A stretch of DNA of 64,000 nt from Eledone cirrhosa. Lineage: Eukaryota. The notes under the pieces were generated by a model that ran no database searches, was not told where the DNA came from, and was given only the letters and a program-made list of their open reading frames with translations. The DNA lies in NCBI GenBank assembly GCA_964016885.1, contig OZ024746.1:37076001-37140000 (forward strand), read 5' to 3'. The first letter of the stretch is position 1. Each line of letters starts with the position of its first letter. Made by a program: the position numbers and the translations under genes. Shown here piece by piece: positions 53,713 to 64,000 of the stretch.

Positions 53713-55785
53713 TTGCATTTATCTTGCTTTATGTTTATACGAGTTATCACCAAGTCACAACCAGTGACCTCAAGAGACAACAAGGTCCGCCATGTTCAAG
53801 AAAGAACATACATATTCACACATGCATCCTTAGTGTTTAGACTTGTGATGTACTTATATTGACAGAATATTCCTTAGTATATGGGCAGTTCCCATTAGTA
53901 CTATCTTTTGTATTTCTCCTATACGCGGGTTTCCTGGGATTTGCGATAAGTAGTCGTTAGACCCCTTAGGTATCATTCCCAGAGCGCCTACAACCACTGG
54001 TATTGTTTTAGTTCTCAATTTCCACATTTTTCCAATTTCTATCTCCAGGTCCTTATACTTGCTCAATTTTTCAAATGTTTTTATAGATACATTCTTGTCT
54101 ATTGGAACAGACATATCAATTAGCAGGCATACCCTCCTTTGAAAGTCCTTCAATATTATATCAGGTTTATTTGCATCTATTTTTCGGTCTGTTTGGATGC
54201 TAAAGTTCCACAAGATTGAGATGTGATCTTTTTCAAGTATGGGAGGTGGTTGATGCTCCCACCAATTCTTTTCATGGGGCAGGTCAAAATGCTTACACAT
54301 TATCCAATGTATGTATTGTGCAGCTCTGTCATGCCTGTTTAGGTATTCGGTTGGAGCTATAGGACTGCACATTGAAATTATATGGTCAATGGTCTCTGGT
54401 TGTTTTTTGCATACACGGCATAATGGGCTGCACCCATTTTTTATTATGTTGGCTTGGTAATTTTTTGTTGGCAGACACTGATCTTGTGCCGATATAATCA
54501 GTCCTTCAGTCTCCGATTTCAGTCCAGAGGATGCCAACCACTGATGGGTTAAAGTTTTGTCAACATCAGGATTGTTAGCTCGCTCTGGGTATTTTCCATA
54601 CAGAGGCTTTTCTTGCCATTTCTTAGCCAGTTTCTGTAGCAGTTCTTTCTTTGCAGTTACTTTTACCTGCTTGCTTTTTCTGTGTTTTCCATTTCAGCAG
54701 TAAATGGGACTTCTGAAATTTGTAGTCCATTACTGTATCTTTGTGCATCTTTTGTAATGGAATATGATCTTTTGGTGCTTTCGTGTTTCAAAACGAGTTT
54801 GATCATCCAATCATGTGATTCCCTTAGATATGTGGATAATCCAATTGTTGCAATTTTCAACGCAATGTCTAACTGGATTAACCCACGTCCTCCTTCTTTC
54901 CTAGGGAGATATATTCTATCTATGTCTGCCTTAGGGTGATGCATTCTGTGCATGGTTAAGAATTTTCGGATTTTTGTATCGAGCCTACGGATCTCTGTGC
55001 TTGACCAGTTGATGACATTGTAACTGTAGGTTACTACTGGTATGGCAAGCGTGTTTATGGCATCGATCCTATTCCTTGCATTCAATTCCGTTCTTAAGAT
55101 TGCTCTGACTCTGCGGTAACATTCCTTCCTTATCCTTTCCCTCATTGTCGAGTGCTTGATTCCGTCTCCTTCACAAACACCTAGATATTTGTAAGTTTGT
55201 TCTTGATCAAGCTCTCTTATCACGTTCCCCCGATCAAGATTAATGTCTGAACTCTTCAGCAGCTTTCCTCTGGTGAACGTTGCTTTGGCGCATTTATCCA
55301 GTCCAAACTCCATTTTAATGTCATCACTGAACTGCTTCACAGTGGATAATAGCCCTTGCACTTGTTCATCATTTTTTGCAAATAGTTTCAGGTCATCCAT
55401 GTAGAACAGGTGATTAATGGTTTTGTCATAGACTCTATATCCATGTTTTGTTTCATTAAGCATTTTACTTAATGGTATAAGTGCGATGCAGAATAAAAGC
55501 GGTGATAAAGAGTCACCCTGAAAAACTCCACAATTAATGTTAACTTCTCCAGCTTCCAGTGATTTTGTTTCACTATTCAAAAGGAGTGTCGTTCTCCATG
55601 TCCTCATACTGAATGACAAAAACCTCCTGACAACGGGGGATATTTTGAAAATCTCTAAACATTTTTCAATACAACTGTGTAGCAAACTATCAAGTGCTTT
55701 TTTATAATCTATCCAAGCAATCGATAGATTTTTGTGTTTATTATGACAATCTTCCAGTATCATTTTGTTAACCAGAAGCTGATCC

Positions 55786-55787
<2 letters not shown>
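53713..55787 (-). mobile_element. 5'-truncated R4/Dong-type element, family B, flanked on both sides by (TAA)n
   Basis: KDQLLVNKM, IDYKKALDSLLH, VFQGDSLSPLLF, LFYMDDLKL, CRVC...ETIDHIISMC, RHD, KPDIILKD; frameshift near 54660. Clearly distinct from family A at the DNA level. Confidence 0.93.
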
Positions 55788-55823
<36 letters not shown>

Positions 55824-55830
55824 GTTGTTA

Positions 55831-56887
55831 TTCCTTGAATCTCAGTCATTGATGTTGGTTAACTGGAAAGTCCGTTGGATTGAATATCAAGCCACTACCT
55901 GCAGCCTCAGATATTCAGGACGTATCGGAGGGTTCTTGCTGTTCCAAGCAAGCATGCCTTTTGAAGCGTTCCAAAAAGCGTGAAGGGGCCGATTTTCTTT
56001 AACCATCCCTGGAAACTTTTGGAGATAGTCCCCAGTGCGCCTATGACAATCGGGATCACTTTGACTTCATGGCAGTTCCAAATCCTGTTCACCTCCCACT
56101 TTAGGTCCTGGTATCGGTTAATTTTCTCCCTCTCCTTCTCTTGCACTCTCGTGTCGAACGGGCAGGCCACATCCACAATCAGACAGGATCTTTTTTCTTT
56201 GTCCACAACCACCAGGTCAGGTCTATTGTGATCCAGTTTTTTTGTCCGTCTGTATCCTAAAATCCCACAGCACCTTCACCTGATTGTTCTCCATCACCGC
56301 CTCTGGCCTATGCTCATACCATTTCTGAGAATGTGGTAAATTGTTTACTTTGCACAGGTGCCAGTGGATCACCCTGCCCATCACATCGTGTCTCCAGCCC
56401 TTAAAGTGGGTCTGGGCTAGGTGTTTACACTCGGACACAATGTGAGCCACAGTCTCCTCTCTCTCTCCACAGATCCTGCACAGTGGGCTAGCCTCCTCCT
56501 TGTAGATATGGTGCTTCAACCACTTCGTTTTGAGGGCCTGCTCCTGCGCAGCCATTAGCATTCCTTCTGTAGCCTTTTTGAGGTCTCCTCTTCTCAACCA
56601 GTTCCATGTCTGTGGATCTCTAAATTCAGTTTTCTCAAAGAAGGTACTATGAAGGGATTTTCCCTTAAGGCTGCTCTTCCTCCTTGATGTTATTTCCTCC
56701 TTGGACATCCCCTGGCCTACTGTCCCCTCCTTCAGTACTGTTCTGAGCATTGGCTCCTTACTATAGGTCACGTATTTGTATAGGTTGTTTTTCTCCATCT
56801 GAACACAGTCCTCTATGCTGATAAGACCTCTTCCACCCTCAGATCTCCTTAGGTAGAGTCTATCGACATCACTCCTCTTGTGGAACA

Positions 56888-56891
<4 letters not shown>
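55831..56891 (-). mobile_element. 5'-truncated copy of Dong-type family A
   Basis: Near-identical to 25631-26691 (MFHKRSDVDRLY...RYVLNI plus 3' UTR); one frameshift at ~56240; (TAA)n on both sides. Confidence 0.95.
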
Positions 56892-56921
<30 letters not shown>

Positions 56922-56930
56922 GTTGTTGTT

Positions 56931-57201
56931 CTTTGAGTCTCAGTTAATGATGTTATTTAACTGGAAAGTTTGTTGAATTGAATATTAAGCCGCTACCTGC
57001 ATCCTCAGACATTCAGGACGTATCGGTGGGTTCTTGCTGTTCCCTGCAAGCATGTCTTTTGAAGTGTTCCAAAAAGCGGGGCTGGACTAATCTTCTTTAA
57101 CCATCCTTGGAAACTCTTTGAGATAGAACCTAGTGCACCTATGACAATCCGGACTACCTTGATTTCATGGTAGTTCCAAATCCTTTTTAACTCCCACTTT
57201 A
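56931..57201 (-). mobile_element. Older, diverged 3'-end fragment of Dong-type family A
   Basis: Aligns with 55833-56105 with many substitutions. Confidence 0.9.
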
Positions 57202-57224
57202 AATGCTCACCTTTTCTTGCATTA

Positions 57225-57425
57225 GATTGGCAGTAACGGTAGATATTTGGAAAACGTGCATCTTTTCATATATTTACTGCCCTTTACTTTCTGAGTTCTT
57301 ATCATGCCGATGTGAATTTTGCTTTTATCCTAATGGAGTCGATTCACCTAATGTAACGCAATAGCTTTCATCGACTTACGCCTTCCCTTAAATGTGCTGG
57401 CGTTGTGTCAGAAGTAGAAATAATT
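57225..57425 (+). mobile_element. Older, diverged SINE copy
   Basis: GATTGGCAGTAACGGTAGA, CTGAGTTC, TTTTGCTTTTATCC..GGAGTCGAT, GCTGGCGTTGTG..AGTAGAAA. Confidence 0.7.
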
Positions 57426-58359
57426 ATTAGTATTTTTGTGTTTGATTATGATCAACATCATTATTATCGGTAGCAGTAGCAGTACTTGTCGATACTGTCA
57501 TTCAGCAACTCCATCATAATCACCACCGCCTCCACAAACTTTATTATTAATGTTGTCATCATAATTATCGTGATCCTATTCTTTTTCGCCGCCATTTATC
57601 ATGGTCAAATTGAACCTAATGGTGAACGTGATCTGCACGTTAATAGCCATACTTGCCATCTTGCTTGTAATCAACACAATCATCATCATCATCCTCGTAG
57701 TCACTATCAAGATCGGCGTCTTCATAACCATCATTGTAGTCGTCATCATCGTTATCATCAATATAAACGCCATCGTTCTTATCATCACCATAAATATAAT
57801 CATGAGAATGATGATGATGATAATGACGATGATGATGATAAATATCATCATCATCATCATCATGACCGCCACCATGTCAGCATAAGTACTGTGGTGAGGG
57901 TAACGCTTTCAGAATATTGAATAAACCCCGAGGTTCCTGTATATATGTGAAATATATCTTGTTCTGTTCACTTTATGGTTCGTGGAACTTAGGAAATAAC
58001 CGCAAATCAAAACTGAATTCTGTCAAAGAAACGTGTCCACGAGAATTTCAAATGGCTGAAAACGTTTGAAATATAGATCAAAATATCAGAGCTTGATTTG
58101 ATAATTTGCTTCAGTAATAGAATATATATTTATACATAAATGCAGCATGCGCACACATACATTCACATACATAAAGATGCACACTGAATCATACACACAT
58201 GACATTATATATATATCGACAAACTTACATACAGCTAAACACGCACAAACACATGCAGACAAACATATATGTATATAAATATATATGTGTATGTGTGTAC
58301 ATAAATCCACACCAATAAAGACGTACATGTATTTATGAATATATATATATATATATGAC

Positions 58360-58504
<145 letters not shown>

Positions 58505-59363
58505 CAGAATAATCAAAACTATGTTCAAAACATGTTATTGCTGACAATCGTTTCTTCCAAACTTTCGTTTGGATCCGTCGGAGCACTACCAACATTTAGA
58601 CATATAATTAACCTCCTATTCCACCGAACAATTGTAAAGATACGTAGATGTTAGTGTTGTCATCAACTGTGTCATATTTAAAGAGTGAATATGATGTGGT
58701 TAGTATTAGTGGATGTGACTAAGATTATAAAACAAAATGAGGAAATTGGCGGTACATACGCAAACGTATAGACAGAGTGCAGAGGGATTAGGCATATACA
58801 GAATAACCAAGTAAGAAACAACCAATGGTACTAAGCATAAGTATCACAGTATGGCAAATATATCAAATTGTACAATACAGGTATAAAAGCATATTAAGCG
58901 TTCGTATGAAAAGCAGTTGCTATGAAGTTTATGGTGGATGCAATATGATAATTGTTCCGGTAATGTTCAAACGTGCATGTGTTGTGAGTAGTAATATCAA
59001 GGTTTTCCTTTCCATTACATTGGTTACATTTTAGTAAATGTATATTAGTAGCTATAACTATGGATTGTATATTGTTCATATTACAATCTTATCAAGGGTT
59101 CGAGTTGTTCAAGTGAATACTGTAATTCTAATTCAAGAATGTATTTTAAATCTCACTCGAATAAAAGCATGTACAGAAACATCACACGCACAGACACCAT
59201 TAATTGTTTTCACTCACATATACTTTCTTTTCCATTATCATTACATATACATAGAGATCATGACAGTTATACAGATAACGTATGCCTACATAGTTATAAT
59301 TATGTATGCATATACATATATGTGAGTGTCATCACACATACACCCTCACCCATATATATATAC

Positions 59364-59441
<78 letters not shown>

Positions 59442-59533
59442 GGAGCGAGAGAGGGGAATGAGAGTGTGAGTGAAAGATATATATGGATAGATAGATAGAT
59501 TGATATAGAGAGATAGATAGAGGTAGAGTGCGA

Positions 59534-59644
<111 letters not shown>

Positions 59645-60709
59645 TACAGTAGTTGTATTCAGAAAAAGAAATCCGTTATACTTAAAGAATTATGGACTTA
59701 TCCAGATTATTTTATTATTAGTGTATAGGGGGTTCCATAGAAGACTTCTTAAAGCCGATCCATCTCATATATCAAATTTGACTACAGAAACGATAGTTTA
59801 TTGTTTGGTGGTAGCTGTATGGATGGTATGGCCATGACAGTTAACAAAAAAACTCGAAGAGAAGTGAAGTCAATAAATTTATATTGATTGTTACTTTCGT
59901 TCAACAGTGGTTACTCGGCTGAAATAGTTATCCATCGTCATAACATGCGAAAAGAGTGTACCAACATATCCTAGCAACATAATAGAATACTCTTAGAGTT
60001 AGGTTCATTGCTTGGTAATATCAATTATATTTTCCTCAAATGACGCTATATATTCTTATATAGGACATGGCACAATGGAAAATGCAGACGTATATATGCA
60101 AAAATTATAACTCTCAGCAATGGAAGTTCAAGCATCATATTACCTATCAGCCAAGACGGAGTTGGGAGATGAATAAAGCTGATAAGTATTACATCTCTAT
60201 AATTAGACACCGCAATAGAAGAATGAATTTGATCAAATTGATCAATCAAGGGTCACACCATCAACAAATTACAGCATAAAATCCAACTAGACTCATTCGA
60301 GATACATTCTTCTCAGAAGACATAGAAACCAAATCTACCTTTAATTTATAGTTACCGCATTATATGTGGATGTAATACACCATTTTAATTGGATATATAG
60401 TGTATTTACGGCATTGTAAGCCAAGAATACTCTATATATTTAGTAAAAGTTGCAAAGCTAACTAGATACGAATAAAGTAATATCAGCAACATAGACTTTA
60501 CAGTCGCTATTCTTGCTGTCAAGCCACCATCAAATTATATACCACCACGAAATACTCTCGGGTTCGGCTTCTGCCATGAAAAGTATAGCAACCCAATGGA
60601 GCTGAACGTATATGGCACCATAGATTTGTTCTCAATCGGGTATGGCATTGTCGCGGATTGTGATGGATATAACGTTTTGTGCTGGACATTAACACAATTT
60701 GAGATCTGA

Positions 60710-60777
<68 letters not shown>

Positions 60778-60999
60778 TACGTTTATATACTTATTTATTT
60801 GTTTGTACACAAGCATACACACACACACATATTTATATGTGCGTGGTTTTGTATACCTATGGTAATGTTTTGCGTATGCTTGTGTATGCACGTATTTGTT
60901 TGCGTGTATCTATTTATTTCTATTACTTCTGTATTGTATTTATTTACTTTGTTCTTAACTCTGTAGCGGAGATTCATTTGGTCTCCTAGTTAGAATTTT

Positions 61000-61270
61000 A
61001 GTCTACGACTTCTGCTATACCATTTACGTGGTTTTGTCTTTGCGTGCTATTGTTCTCCACGCACCACATATGACTTATTATCTTCGGTTTTTCGTTCATT
61101 GCCAGAGAACGTCTCTATGCACCACCTAAGAGAACATTAGTCCACGACCTCTTCTATACCATAAACGTGGTTCTGTCTTTGCGCGTAATTGTTTTTCAGC
61201 GCTCCTATTAATGACATATTATTCGTTTTTTCCCGTTCTTTGCCAGCGAACGTTTCCACGAACCAAAGTA
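61000..61270. repeat. Diverged direct repeat, two ~139 bp units
   Basis: AGTC.ACGAC....CTATACCAT..ACGTGGTT.TGTCTTTGCG at 61000 and 61139; TTGCCAG.GAACGT in both units. Confidence 0.8.
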
Positions 61271-61426
61271 TCGTCTTCCTGTCTCCCTCCGGTTGCAACG
61301 TTTTTTGAAATATCCAGTTCTGCGTTTACAGATTGACTTTATTAGTTTCAGAAGATCCCGTTAAGGGTGAAAGCAGCGATTCTTTGCTTAAACTTTAATC
61401 TGTTATTTTAATAAATAACAGATGAT

Positions 61427-61506
<80 letters not shown>

Positions 61507-61551
61507 GTTATACTTTGGGAGGGTCATGTTGCCAATAAACAAATTCAGAAA

Positions 61552-61632
<81 letters not shown>

Positions 61633-63089
61633 GAGTGAGTGAGGTAAATCTGACGCGGCGTCAAGTAATTACAGTTGAAACCGCTAAGCACCACGGTCGG
61701 GATTTCACTTTTCTCTATAACCACTCGACCACTACCATTTCATCGAGTTATTCATTATTAAAATTTCTTGAATAATATATTTAGAAATTTAGTCATGGTT
61801 TTCAAAGTTTTTGTTATTTTGGATGTGTTTTAATCGTACGTTTTTTTTCCGTGTTGTCATTAGTAGCTAACAGGGTAAGACAAATTACTATTTAAGGTCG
61901 ATTAAACATAGCACAATATATCATGGAGAGAGAAATCGGTTGTGAGACTATTGTCTTAATGTACGCTTGATACAGTATAAACATCTTCATGGGAAGGAAT
62001 CAGCTTGTTCTCTTTATACAATTTGGCGAAATACGACACAACATTCATCTCTTGAATGAGGAATCGATAAAAACATGTTGATAAATGTATCTTTGGCTAT
62101 TAGCAAAAGTTAACTTTCATTGGTCAGAAATGGCTTTACATGTTTTTTAATATTATTTTGTTTTAGTGGGTTAATGTATGAGTGATACATTTCATTCGTA
62201 TTGCCTATTAAGTATTATATTGATGTTTCTGTGGATGTGCTCTCATCTATTTGCGTTATAGGGGTATACCTAATCTTTACTTTGTAAGTAATGCATATCA
62301 CGGCGCATATTATAACTGGTAAGGTAATATTTAACATAGGTACCACTACATTTTTTTAGCCTCATTATGTATATTTAAACGAATATGTTGCAGTGTAACA
62401 AGTTACTTAGATTAATTATACATATAACCATTGGGTGAAAAACAAAATTATTTTTCATATTACTAGTCCGATGATATATGCAATGAAGCGCCCCCAGGAA
62501 TCAAATTAACTAAAAACAATTAATAAAAAAATGCTTTAATATGTGCAGCACTAGGTTGGCAGCATCTGAACATTATGTATTGGTTTCTGAATGACTAAAC
62601 ATCGACGTCTAGTGTGACCTTTAATGCAAATGTTTACAATACACATTGAGACTATACATTGTTGTGTGAAATTACTGAGTGGTTAATGGGTTTAGGAAAG
62701 TACGGAGGGATGCCTACCACAGGAAAACGTAAGATGGACGTGCACTTACGTGGTTGATATTTACCGAACATGAGTAACAGTAGATAGAAATAAAGCGGCT
62801 CAAAATTTCGGAATTTGTTTCGCAAGTGTAATGCTTGAGAAGTCATTGGTTGCTGAGGTATGAGGGATAGGAGACTACCGTTACATTGACTCAAAACCTC
62901 TTGGTGGTTGTCCTAAAAATCGGATGGAATTCAGGAATCACTAAATCTGCCACACTGTCCTCTTTGATACTTAGATACTCAATAGTGGTTTCTGAATATT
63001 CCTGTACATGTTCATGCAGGTGGGTGACACCTGTTTGAGAGAGAGGGAGTTTGTCAAGAGTTATCGGTTAGTTTATTTTCTTGTGTGAA

Positions 63090-63420
63090 CTGCGTGTGAG
63101 ATGTGAAATTAAGTCCGTGGCCGTGTCGGAAACTCCACCTTCCTGAAACGGTTGTGCAAAGTGCTAAGTGCTGGCGAAAAGCTACACGCATCTGATTTGA
63201 ATCAACCAGTCCGATCGCGTGTCATCTGTCAAAGTGTGGATTTGTAGCTACGTTGCGCCTCTGCCACAAAGGCCCATCGAACCGTTTCCAATCACTCGTT
63301 TCGTAGACCAATTCGTGTAATGCCATTCAATTCTCTCACCTAACTCCTCGTTGTATTGTCTCTTCCAATCGCCTGACTCAAATCATCTAACCACCCCATT
63401 CGGAGAAGGGCGTACTAATG
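63090..63420 (-). mobile_element. Possible decayed Tx1-like linker fragment
   Basis: GC-richer block; minus-strand peptides VAEAQR and SNQMRVAFRQH resemble the EN-RT linker of such elements; no hard motif. Confidence 0.25.
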
Positions 63421-63535
63421 ACGGGCAGTATACCAATTATTATTTTTTTTATTTTTATTTTTCAATATGACAAGCGGAACTGCATTTCGGCAACGTTTAT
63501 TACCAGGACGAATACCAGCATTACAACACTGTTGT

Positions 63536-63863
<328 letters not shown>

Positions 63864-64000
63864 TTTAATATTTGTTTTTGGAGTAGTAGTATTTATATTA
63901 GTTTCAGGTGTAACAGCACCAGCATTGGTACTAGTAGAAAAAGATGAAAAGAGAAAAAAATACCAAACAGGAACAAACGTATTTAAAAGCATAATAATGG

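Noticed and set aside
57486-57920. His/Asp-rich 144 aa ORF
   Set aside because: Derived from a degenerate (CAT)n/(GAT)n repeat and open in several frames and strands.

Overview
This is an AT-rich eukaryotic (animal) window saturated with microsatellites. No host protein-coding gene can be supported, and almost all ORFs in the track are translations of simple repeats. A mollusc, probably a cephalopod, is inferred from the SINE family and repeat landscape; this is not proven. Recognisable content: (1) a near full-length R4/Dong-type non-LTR retrotransposon (RT + CCHC + PD-(D/E)xK endonuclease, two frameshifts) plus three truncated relatives; (2) two L1/Tx1-type copies, each tail-to-tail with a Dong-type element across (TAA)n; (3) several RTE fragments, one Vingi/Ingi-like fragment, six copies of a tRNA-derived SINE and a Helitron-like non-autonomous element. 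The strongest signal is invisible in the ORF track: a set of hammerhead-ribozyme (HHR) elements, most of them in or beside (TA)n tracts. Two Penelope-like (Naiad-type) remnants carry GIY-YIG endonuclease fragments and inverted terminal repeats, and their HHRs have an unusually long (~90 nt) structured stem II. A ~340 bp near-perfect palindrome has an intact HHR on each strand. Two non-coding tandem dimers (432 and 480 bp period) carry one minimal HHR per unit, as in retrozymes. A 224 bp tandem array carries a decayed HHR-like motif. All structures and translations were derived by eye; no search or folding program was run.
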